NCBI RefSeq assembly: GCF_018977255.1
Contig: NW_024704742.1
Coordinates: forward strand, 68,326,001-68,390,000
Length of the DNA stretch: 64,000 nucleotides
Source of the DNA: Callorhinchus milii
Lineage: Eukaryota
Direction of reading: 5' to 3'
The notes beneath the pieces were generated by a model. That model saw nothing but the letters and a program-made list of their open reading frames with translations. It was not told the DNA's origin and searched no databases. A program made the position numbers and the translations under genes. This document shows, piece by piece, positions 20,708 through 32,900 of the stretch. Within the stretch, counting starts at the first letter, position 1. The number at the start of each line of letters is the position of its first letter.

Positions 20708-23700
20708 TGACCGGTGGTGGTTAGTACACCACACATCGCAGATGTTCACCCCATTGATTTAGTGATGGAGGTCTCAATACAGCGAAGGGCTGAGGTCTAA
20801 TGACGTGGCTGTTTAGTGTGGTAGGTGACAGGCCAGCAACAGAGAGCCAGGCAGGAGAGTGCAAAACATTGATTGAAATTTATTTTCAGTTGTTTTTTAG
20901 GAAGCGGTTTGTACTTGTGGTTAGGTGTCCCTGATGCTAATGCGTCAATGGACAGAAAGCAACTAGAGAGCTGAACAGCCAGTGGGTGAAACTTCCAGGG
21001 GCTTCAGGCAGCATCTTATAGACATTTAATTGACGTGTTAATGCCATCCTGTTACATACTGTGTGCAGGGGCAATGCACCGCTCAGTGAAACAGCCTCTT
21101 CCCTTCTCATAAGATGATAATAATAATACTTGTGAGTGCTTTGAGACATCTCAACGACATGATAAGAGCTATAAAAAATGCAAGGATTATTATTTATTAT
21201 AGCACCTTATTACATCATTGAGACATCTCAAAGTGCTTCACAGAATGTATCGTAAAGTGGATTGACTGTATAAACTGTACGCAATTGGCTGCCAGAACAC
21301 AGATTGAGACTGGATGTGGGACATTGCTGTGCACAATGACCACCTGCATGCACTCCTCTCTCCCTCATTCTGAGTGCAAGTTCGTAATCTTTTACAGATC
21401 TTTTCTCTGACATGCTCTCTCGGGTTTAGATCACGCCCGGGGCAGAAAACTGTTGTTAGAGCCCCACGTCGGAAATTGAGCTTCCAGTCCAGGCTGATAC
21501 TCAAGTGCAGTTCTTCTTCATTGGCGCTCTTCGGATTAGACTAAACCTAAATCCTGTCTCCAGTGGATCTTCAAGATCCCATGACGAGGAGTATTTCCTA
21601 TGCTGCAACATCGCATTGTAGGAGGCGTGTCATTCAGATGAGATGTTAACCCTGCTGATTCAGATGGACATCAAAGATCCCATAATAATAATAATAATAC
21701 TCGCATTTGATATAGTGCCTTATCATGTCATTGAAACGTATCAACCTTCTTCACTGTAAAGTGGATTCATTGTGTATTTTGTGAGTGAAACACGGCAGTC
21801 AGTCAAATAGTTCCATGGGATCTTTAACATCCACCTAAACAGGCAGACGTTTAACGTCTCATCCACAGGATGCCTGGCATTACTTGAAAAAGAGAAGGGA
21901 GTTTCTCCCGGTGTCCTGCCCTACACTCCCCCAAATAAAATTGATCATTCATCTCATTGCTGTTTGTGGGACACTGCACTGCGAAAATCGGCTGATGTGT
22001 TTGTCTACATAAAAACAGTCACCATGCTTCACTGCAAAGTCTTGCAAAATGCTTAGATACATTTTGACGATGTGATAAGGTATAATATCAAATGTTAAGG
22101 ATGATTATTAATTTGTCAGTCAGATATTACTGTGTTTTGTGCCAAAATACAGTCACAATACTTATATCATTATTATTATATTATTATTATTATGTGGCAG
22201 AGAGGAGCGCACGCAGGTGGTCATTGTGAACAGCAGTGTCCCACATCCAGTCTTACTACTACTGTCTCCATGGACCAAGAGTGTGAAAATACAACGGATT
22301 TAATTTTGACAATTTAAATTCATCGGAAGTGCAGTTAGCAATAAAACAGGATAACCTTTTTTTCTGTATCAACATTCAAGCAATTCATAAATTGAGGCGT
22401 AAGTGCTTTCTGTGTACGAATGAAAGTGAGGTCTTCACTGATATGAATGGCTTCCCTAGTGAGGTCTCTGCCCTGAAATCATGTCAAGTCTAAACAAACA
22501 CTGGTCAAGTCAAGTCAAAGAGGTACAGGGAGGTGTTGACTGTGGATCTGAAAGGTAATGTCAGTGAGAAGGGAATCAATAGCCCATTTCCTTTAATTAC
22601 CTTCAGTAACCATCAGGGACGAGATGTGGTCCATTGCAATTACTGCAGAGAGGAAGTGGCTGGCCAGGGGTCAGGTGATGAGTGGAAGTGTTTCACAGCT
22701 GGCTGCGCAGAGTTTGTAAAGCTACAACGTGCAATGTTGTGGACCCTTTAAAATAACACATATTAATAAATAAATAATCATGCCATTTTCATACAGCGCC
22801 TTTCACGTCAGGGGGACGTCTCAAAGTGCTTCACGGAATTGACTGTGTATTTTGTAGGCGAACCCTACAGTCAATTTGCCTACAGCAATGCCCCTCTCAC
22901 ACACTGTCAACTGCCTTGGGACGTCCTCCCGACGTGAAAGGTGCTATATAAATGTAAATTTGTATTGTACAGTATTGTGGTTCTGCTTTTACAACCTTAC
23001 TCTGCAGAGCAATCCACATCCCAACAACTCTGAGTGAAAAACATTTTGCCTAAGCTCTCCTTTCGCTGTCTTGTGACTTATCTTATAATGTTGGCCTCCT
23101 AGTCACTAAGTCCACTATGCTATGTGGAAATGATCACATTTATGTGACATTTCAGTCTCGGTGCAGAAATCAACAGAGATGTTCAACCAGCTGCTTCAAA
23201 GAGGATGCAATGTCCCGATCAACCCACTGATTATAAAAATCTTAAACAATTTTAACCTCATGGGATTGTTCGAAATGTCACGAACGAACAAAAAAAAGAC
23301 AATAAGCTCAGCAGAATGTGTTCCTGATGTTCTGCTCTTCCACAGAAAACACAGTACACATCTCATCCAGCAACAACAACAACAAGATTACATTTGTATA
23401 GTGCTTTTCATGTTGAGAGAACGTCCCAAGGCGATGGACAGTGTACAATATTTCAGATCCGAGCTGGGGTCAGGGAGGGAGACGGGAGGGGAGGGGAAGG
23501 GGGGTGGCCATGGTATGGTCCAAGAGGAGAGTCTTGAGGTGGGACTTGAAGGAGGCTAAGGAGGGGGTGAGGCGGAGTTACCAACAGAATAATGCTCCGT
23601 AAAGCATCAATTTCAATACTAGTTGTTCAGTCATAACAGGTTTCACAAAAAGCTGTGTTCAGTTGATATGCCCTTAAAAAGCTCATTAAAAACAAACAAT

Positions 23701-23764
23701 AGTTACTTGTATTTTTTTATTTCCCACTCACTCCCAAACAAACCTCTTTCTTGTTTAAACTCCT

Positions 23765-24212
23765 TTCTAGATAGACCATGACAAACTGTTTCATCTTGTC
23801 CAGAACAGTAGAATCAGAGGGCATGGCCTGCGATTGAAAAGGGGGTAAATTCAAAACAAATCTGCTGGAAACACTATTTCAGTGAGTGAGTGATAAATCT
23901 ATGGAACAGGCTCCCTCGGGAGACAGTGGAGGCAGATAGTGTCAATTCATTCAGGTGTAAATTACATAGATTTATTTTGGAAAATAATATTTTAGGAGAC
24001 AGTATAGGAGTAATTTGAGACATGACAAGTGTAGTATGGCTTTGAAGAACCAGGTAACTTTGGATCTACAGTTCCCAAAGCTTTCCACTGTGTTGTAGAC
24101 CAATTCATACAGAATTAATTGCTATCACCATCTCCATTATTGTAGCAAGCAACTACCAGGATGGTAGAAGGTGAACCAGATGGACCTTGGTCTTTTTTTG
24201 TCTAGCAATTCC
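23765..24212 (+). mobile_element. CR1 LINE 3' fragment
   Basis: TRGH/YFSE.VINLWN.LP-type CR1 C-terminal sequence and CR1-like 3'UTR; opposite-strand relative at 10742-11100. Confidence 0.75.
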
Positions 24213-26221
24213 ATTGTTCCTCCACCTGCCCCCTTTTCTACAGCTGGCTTGAGCCTTCTATGTGTCCCTTGAACTCTCCGCTCCACCATTACTGTGCATT
24301 CAGCCACAATGCTCCGAATCTCTGGAATTCCCCGTCTCAATCCCACTGCCTTGCCCCCTCTTTGCCCGTTTTGTGATGGAACCTGAAGACTTTCCTCTTT
24401 GACTGCGCCTATGGTCTCTTCCCTTATCTCCTCATTTCTTGTAAATGGCACCATTGATAAGTGCTCAGAGATGCCACCTCCCGTGAAGGGCTCTATATAG
24501 ATGCAAGTTGCTGTTATACATTAGATACTTAATTCTTGGAGAATCATACAAATATATAATATATAATAATCCTTGCATTTGATATAGCGCTTTTCACGTT
24601 TTCTCGACATCTCAAAGCGCTTCACAGAATAGACTGTAAAGTGAATTGACTATATATTTGTGGGCGAAACGCGGCAGCCAATTGCACACAGCAGTGTCCC
24701 ACAAACAGTCGTGGATTGAAAATGACCAGTTTATTATCGTTTTGTTTTGGAGGGATTATTATAACCCATGCTCCACATGGTTTTAGAAAATCTAAGTGTT
24801 GCAAACTGGTTTGAGAGCAACACATGATCATCAAACAGTATGGGAGCTTTAGGTGCAAAGTCTTGAAAAGGTAACCACTTTTCTGCTAAGAATTAATTAC
24901 TTTGCTTTCATTATATCAGAACCGTAGAAAGTTACAGCACACCATCAGCTCATATTTTCCGTGCTGTAGTTTTCACTCAGACACCCTGATCTAATCCCAC
25001 TCTCCTGCTTGCTCCATCACTGTTTAATATTTCTCTTTGTTGAGCATCTCATCCAATTCCATTTAAAAACAATTTATGGATGACTCGCATTTTACAACAA
25101 TTTGCATTTAATATAGCGGCCTTCACGTGGAGTAGCATCTCAGAGCCCTTAACAATGGCATAGTTGAATGCTGAGCTAGGGAGAAAGCAGAGGTGAAGGT
25201 AGGCACGGTGGAAGAGGAAAGTCTTCAGGTGCAATCGGAAATGTGGCAAAAATGGGGAGGAATTGAAGCAGAGAGTTCCAGATTCCAACCACCCGGTGTC
25301 ACAAAATCTTTTCTTTAATTCTTTGTGATCATCTTGAATTTGTGCCCTCTGCATTATCCACTTGCCAACCAATGGAAATAATCTTATATAATAATGCTTG
25401 TATTTGATTATTATTCCACCATCGGTGGCTGCACTTTCAGCCACTATGCCCCGAAACTCTGGAACACTCTTCCTCTATTGTACTGGAAGACCTTCCTCTT
25501 CAACCGTGCCTACGGTCACCTCCCCCCCTCCCCCCGACTCAGCGTTGTACTCCACCACTGTCGAGCTCTTGGATGCTATCCTGCATAAAGGGCATCATAC
25601 AAATGCAAATTATTGTTGTTGGGGTTGATATAGAGCCTTATCTCTTGTCAAGATGTCTCAAAGCACTTCACAGAATACATTGTAAAGTGGATTGACTATG
25701 TATTTACCTTTTATTTCAATCAGGTCGCTTCATAGCCTCCTCAGCTCGAATGAAGAAAACTCCAGCTACTACAGGTGGTTGATGTCGCTTTGATAAAGTT
25801 GATCATCCGCTCACCAACTCTGTCTTCCATTGACTGTGTCTTCCTCAATACCCTTGGGCCCACTCCACAATGGTCAGGAGTGAGACTGGGATCATCCAAA
25901 AAACAGAATCCAAATCCCTTGTGTAAAGTGAAGGAAGTGATTGAAAGTGAAAGGCGTTATACAAATGTAACTTATCGTTGCTGTTGATGGCTGGGAGCCA
26001 CTGGAACCTCAGGACAGGAGTAAAGCGAAAAATCTCCCAACAGGAGACAGCCAGTACCCAGGTACACCATGAGGCAAGAAGCTAGTACCTGTTGATCAGT
26101 TGAAGAGCCATCAGATCACAATCCGGACAGAAACCTGAAACACTCATAAAGGATGAGTTGTTACTGGGATTGTGGCCAAGATGCTCACACTTGGGAAGTC
26201 CAGAGTAATCCTGGAGGTTTA

Positions 26222-26520
26222 TAATAAATAATAATAATAATCCTTGCATTTGATATAGTGCCTTATCATGTCGTTGAGACATCTCAAGGTACTTCACTGA
26301 ATATTTTGTAAAGTGAATTGACTGCAAGTTTTATGGGCGATATGCGGCAGCCAATTGCACACAGCAGTGTCTCACAAACAGTCATGGATTGAGTGACCAA
26401 ACTTTTTATTTATTTTTAATTTGAAGGGATTATTACCCCCAGAAAAGCGATCCACCATTCGACTAACAACTGGATTCTGACCTACTTCTAGGTAAACAGA
26501 GGTGTGTGGAGTAAGGAAAC
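26222..26520 (-). mobile_element. tRNA SINE lacking its head, followed by an inverted copy of its own core
   Basis: See fold-back finding. Confidence 0.85.
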
Positions 26521-27339
26521 TAATCCCTTCAAATTAAAAATAAATTAAAAGTTTGGTCACTCAATCCATGACTGTTTGTGAGACACTGCTGTGTGCAATT
26601 GGCTGCCGCATATCGCCCAAAAATAGCGATGCCATTAAAATATATTTTTGATTGATTCGATCTGGCAATTGATGAGAACAGCAATCAAAATTAAGTTAAC
26701 CGACTTCAGATGTTCCAGGTGACCCTAGCATCTGTTGTGATGCCGTCCCACTGATCTGTAATGGTTGGCTACAGATACAAATAGCAGAAACCCTGGAAAG
26801 ATGTGGCAGATTGTACATCAACTGTAGATTTCTTAGGGAGGTCACGCAACTTCTGTCAAACAGAATTTGGTCTGGATAATTCACAATCTGCATAGAGCTC
26901 CACTTAACACTTATAAGAACATAAGAATTTGCTTGGCCAAGGTCTATCTAGTTCACAGTCCACCATCCTGGCAGTCACTTGTGTCGTATCCCAAACTATA
27001 TATTGAGATATTATTTTCTAACAGAAACCTATCTTGAAACAAACAACGCTTTCTGCTTCCACCGTCCCCCTAGGGAGCCTGTTCCATAAGTTTTCATACT
27101 GTTCCATATGGAGCAAGCCCTCCACCGCCTTGCTCCTCTCTACCTCTGTGACGTCCTAACCCCCTATCAACCTGTCTGCTCATTTCGCTCAGCGGGCTCC
27201 GGCCTGTTTCACGAGCCCTGCTTTGCCTGGGCCTGCAATTGAAGTGGGGTAAATTCAGAACAAATCTGCGGAAACACCATTATTGGCCACAAATCATTCA
27301 CTCAGGACAAAGAAAGAAAAACACACTAATTACAGTTTT

Positions 27340-29839
27340 TTTTGAATGAGCACATTTATTCTGATTATAACTAATTTAGCCACTATTTTGTCCCAAAATA
27401 CCAGATTTTTCAGATTCAGGGATTCAGTCAATAAGTATTTACACTTGTGCAGTCACCAGTTTCAGAACTATTGAAGGTAGGTAGGGTAGTGGACATTAAA
27501 ATCCATTCAACATATAAATCACCATATTCAATTTACTGAATGCACTACACAAAACGTTGGAAACAGCTGTGCCAAGCGTCCAAATGTGACATAGGCAAAA
27601 CTCAAATAACTTAATGGGGCTTTGCATGATATGTAATAAAGATCATTGTACAAGCTATATAAACTATTTTATCAAACCCAGCCTTGCTTTTCACTGTCCA
27701 CAAGTGCTCCTAAACTACTAAAGAAACTTAAAAATAAAAGAAAAAGAAAATCCACCAATTTTTTTTCTTAGTCATAAAAAAATAAATACAGGTTAAGAAA
27801 ACTGCTGTTATTTGTACATTAAGAAAAATATTATTGTTAGGAGCAAATGATAAATCATGACATTTACATTTACAAACTATACTTTTTTGAAAAAAAATCG
27901 ATTAACATTTAATGAATATTAGATTTTTAAAAAAAATAAGCTGTGGATTTGTTTTGGTCCAATTTAGACATTTAAATGATACACATGGATCACTGGATTT
28001 AAGACGAATATTTTTTAATGCCTGTTCAAGTTGCAAAAGCTATTAGACTACCTTTGCACAAAATGGTGCCATTAAACCGGATAAAAGTTTGGAAAATAGG
28101 GCAGATGCACTTACAGGAAGAGGATAGCAATCTTTAGGCAGGTTTTACCCACAGCTCGGCAATGCTCTACACAGTATTTTTTTATTGGTGATCAAGGTTA
28201 GACCTGCTCACCCCCATTAACTGAATTAGACCAAATACATTCCACTTAGGGAACGAGAGTTGTCCCCACAGACAAGCCCCAATTGCCCCCACCCCACAAC
28301 CCCCACCCCCAACTCTTCTAGGCCCCGAATTGTTTAAGGACAATGCAGTCCTGAAACCTGTCTTCATGACCACCTGAGCAAATCAGGTGACTGAGTCACC
28401 TCTCTGGCAGGGCAACGCCAGCCAGGCCTGAGCCTCGTGACCAGGTACTCAAGTGAGCTGTACACTTCAATATCTCTGCTTCCTCTAATGAGGGCAGATC
28501 ACATGCCTCTGATAAGAAGTGCTGCAATACCAATCCCAGCCAACAGAGGTCTGAAGGCAGAGCTGTTATCAACTCAAACCCTTCCCATAATCCTGACCAT
28601 TGTGGGTGAGATTTTGCTGTGCTCGCTCTTCATAGACCAACCTCAGCAGCAGAACGTTTCTGGGATTTGCTAGTTCAACAAGTAAATGATAAAAACAGAA
28701 AATGCACTTGATTTCAGCCAAAAGGCAGAGAAAGGATTACTGTGTCGTAGTAATACTACAAATGATTACTACTACACAGTACTTTTTACTGGGAAAAGCA
28801 GCTCCTTTCCTGCTTCTTGAGGCATCTTTCACAAACAGATACAAAGAACATATAAAAGATAACATAACACATTCACACCTCATATGTGTAGTACACTGTG
28901 GCTAAAATTGAAGAGATTAGCCTTTTACACTATTCTATTCAGATCGTATTTCCAAATTATCAATACTCAACATCCACACATCAGTATTTTCTAAATTCAT
29001 ATAGAACTTTATAACAAGTTCCATGGTGTATTTTTTTAAGATGCAAAATGAAAGGTAGAGACACATGTTAAAAATTTACAGGACCTATAAACATTTAAAT
29101 TAACTTGGACAGTAGACACTGGGGTATGTGAACACGACCTAGGTAGGTGATCAGATTTTGTTTTTAGTTGTAGGCTTATAAAACAGAGATCAATATTTAA
29201 AGCAGCATTTTTTGTGATTATTCACTTACAGATCTGCAATTTTGTGCACTAGTAGACAGCTACTATCCAACAGCACAATGGGGTGCTTCAGAAGTCACTT
29301 GCCTTTCCATAGAACATCACAACATAAAAATAATTTTGCTTACTGTTGATAAATGGCAAGGAATTGATAAAACATATAAACATAAACTCCTGAAATGCCT
29401 GAGAAACAAACAATGGTGCACATAAAATGTATCATGTTTAATGGCACTGTTCAATTAATGACAAGGGTATTTTTTTATCTCTCTCAATCAAAGGTGAAAT
29501 AAACAAACATTGGCAATGAGGAACTGGATTCAAGGGCATCAACTGATTAATGCCAGCTATTATACGATCATACAGTTCTTCCATGCTCTACCCCCTGAAT
29601 GTCACAAATACCTCTCCAAGCAGCTAACAAACTGAATTAACAACAATTGAAACATCAGGCAACACATTCAATAAAACGGCTGAAATCAGACTAATATGCT
29701 AACAATCTTGCTACATATAAAATTTCTAAACAATAAGAAGCCGATGGTACCAACCTCTAAAACCAATAAGATATGTACACAGGTTTAGGTATATTAACAA
29801 ATAGAATATTACAAAATATTGCGAAGGCAGCTCTTGTTT
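27340..29839 (-). other. PTPRA: Probable PTPRA 3'UTR (~2.5 kb) ending at AATAAA 27355-27360
   Basis: AT-rich stretch without recognisable repeats after the stop codon; minus-strand AATAAA followed by a GT/T-rich downstream element. Confidence 0.65.
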
Positions 29840-29914
29840 TCACTTGAAGTTAGCGTAATCCGAAAACGCATCAATGTATTCTTGCACCACCTTGTAGCAG
29901 AATTCATACTGTTC
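29840..29914 (-). CDS. PTPRA: PTPRA last coding exon ([24 protein letters not shown])
   Basis: 75 nt to the TGA; retains the C-terminal YANF Grb2/Src-regulatory tyrosine. Confidence 0.95.
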
Positions 29915-32900
29915 CTGCAGAAGAAATAAATATCTTTAGTTCAGTTTTAGTTGCAAGGCATTTGCTTTTGAATCGCTACATTAAGAATACTAAAACTATC
30001 CTCCTTGGGTGGGGTTATGCGGGGTGAACTGGCTCCAAGGTGACATGCCTGGCAATGGAATGTCGGAATCGAGTCAGGCCTCTGTGGTGGTCTCGGAAGT
30101 CCGCTTCCTGAGCCAGACGGGTCCACAGTATTTCAGGGCACTGCTGATGACAGCAGTCATTGGTGGCAGGGAGTCAGCCGACTCATCTCCTGTTAACACT
30201 CCAAGCCAAAGCCCTAATGCAATAAAAAAAAATTGGTGCTATCATAAGCTTTGACACAACAGGTGACAAGAAGACAAACTAACCTGGTGTAAAGCAGGGC
30301 TGAAGATCCATTGGAGCGCTTACCACCTTCGTGTATGTAATTTAGTTTACAATACTTACCAGTGTCTGCACCATATGTGGCCTCTGTAGTCGGAGACTTT
30401 TTACTGTTTGAAATACGTCCAGGATGCCCTCAGCTTTTACTCTTTCCAGCACAGTGCTCAGAGCACAGAACGTTCCTGTCCTCCCAGCTCCAGCACTGAG
30501 AACACACATGCAAATTAATGCTTTAAAGCAAACATTGAAAGTATTGCTCAGTTTACAAACCACGGCCAAAAGTGGCAAGTGGCCGAACACCAACAACAAA
30601 TTACATTTGGATAGTCCCTTTCACGTCAGGAGAGGCAAGAACTAGGAAGCTAATATGTACTTTTCTTCAACTAACACAAATCAGTCAATAGAGCAATGAC
30701 CCCCCCCCCCCCCCCCCCCCACACACACAAATGTTAACGGTTATCATTATTTCGTTGCAGAGTTTGATTTTCTTCAAAACAAAAGGAGAGGGCGATTTAT
30801 TGTTCAGCACTATTATCAGTGATAAACCTGAACCTTTTCCAAATTCAACTAGTATTACAATATAAATTACATTTATATAGCGCCTTTAAAATTAGGAGCA
30901 AGTCTCAAATGCTTCACACGGGCTGGGCACCTGAGGGGAAAGATGATGAAAAGCACGGTGAGAGTTCAGGCTTCAGAAAGGCTAATGTTTCTAAAGCTTT
31001 CATTTATCATGCACTTCGGGCATTTATTCTAGAGCTAAACCTGGACTCTTCAGTATGGTGGAGAATAACAATAACGTGTTCCTAGCGTATTTAGCACCTT
31101 TTACTTTAAGAGAACATGTCAAAGCTCTTTACAAAGATGGACGGAAGCCAGAGCTGGTGGTGGTGGGGGAAAAGTGGCTGAAAACACAATCAAAGAAGTA
31201 GGTCTTCAGGAGGGATTTGAAAGCAAAGAGAGAAAGGGAGGCATGGATGGGATTTGGGAGCCACGAGGGAGGAAGAGCCTGAAGGTTTGACTGCTGATAA
31301 TGGGACAGAGTGGGCAGGGAACATGAACTGGGTTAGAGTCAGTAGAATATAGGAGGTAGCCAACAACAACTTGCATTTATATAGCACCCCTCATGTAGGG
31401 TAGCTTCCCAGAGGCCAGGGTGAAAGGGTCGCAGGAGAACCCTGGGATAAGGTGCTGCAAGGACATGGGAGACATTTGAAACTGAGAACGAGGATTATAG
31501 GATCTGCTGGGGGATAGGGAGTTAGAGGAACCCATTAAGGATGGAGGTGATGGGTTAGCGGAGCCTCGTGCGGGAGAGGATATGTGGGATTCTGAATGGT
31601 CTATTTATTTCTGATGCTTTACTTAGCTTGTTTAAACTCCAGGAGTTACCCCAACACATAATCTGGGATCCGCAAACCTTGGCTCTTGCCAACCTGCGCT
31701 TAATACTTCCTGGAAATCAGGCAAACAGGATGCATCCCTCCCGCTTGGGACAGAATGTGTACTCCTTTCCAGACATAGGGAAAATTCCATGTATACGTGG
31801 AATATGTATATGGAACACTCAGACTGATTTGGATACTCTTAAGCACGGTGATGGGTTTCTGCATGTGTCAGATGCCGACTGACCAAACAAATTCTGTACA
31901 GATGAGTGTGTCTATATTTGATGATACTGCCTGCAGCATACCACTCAGTGGTTTGTGGTTTACCTGCAGTGCACTGTTATGGGGTGGTTCCCCGACTGTT
32001 GCTGTTGTTTCTGCACAGCTGCGATCAGGTTAATCATGCCTTTCCCATCAGCAGGAATGCCCACTTCAGGCCAGCCATGAAAGTGGAACTGCCTGATTTG
32101 TCGAGTCTTGTTCTCCTTAAAAACAACAAGCAGATTGCACTTATTAAGGAGTCACATTTCTGTGCAAAAGCCACCACCAGTTGAGTAACTATTCCCAGCT
32201 TTCATTTTCAGGAGTCGGACAGTTAGGATGCAAGTTATAAATCGGCACCTATTGGGCACTTTATCTTACTGCATTTTTGCAAATTATTTTTATGATCTAG
32301 ACGAGGACATTGAATGTAACATCCCTAAATTCGCGGATGACACAAAACTAGGTGGGAGAGTAAGCTCTGAGGATGATGCAAAAAGATTGCAATGGGATAT
32401 AGATAGGCTAGGGGAGTAGGCAAGTAGATGGCAGATGGAATTTAATGTGTGGAAGTGTGAATTTATTCACCTAGTTAGAAAAAATAGAAAAACAGATTAT
32501 TTTCTAGAGGGGGAGAGATTAGATTGTGGTAGTGTTCAGAGGGATTTGGATGTCCTTGTGCACCAGTCTCAAAAAGTTAGTTTGCAGTTGCAGCAAGCAA
32601 CTAAGAAGGCGAACGGCATGTTAGCGTTCATCGCAAAAGGTTTAGAGTACAAGACTAGGGAAGTCTTGCTGCAACTGTACAGGGCCTTGGTGAGACCGCA
32701 CCTAGAGTATTGTGTGCAGTTTCGGTCTCCTTATTTAAAAAAGGACATACCTGCCCTAGAGGGGATGTAGCATAGATTCACTCGGTTAGTTCCTGGGATG
32801 AGGGGACTGACCTATGAGGATAGGCTGAATAAACTAGGGCTATATTCTCTAGACTACAGAAGAATTAGGGGAGATCTTATTGATACATATAAGATTCTTA

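Noticed and set aside
25985..26900. Unique-looking sequence either side of the fold-back SINE as a hidden gene or exon
   Set aside because: No sustained ORF or recognisable protein motif; probably decayed retroelement
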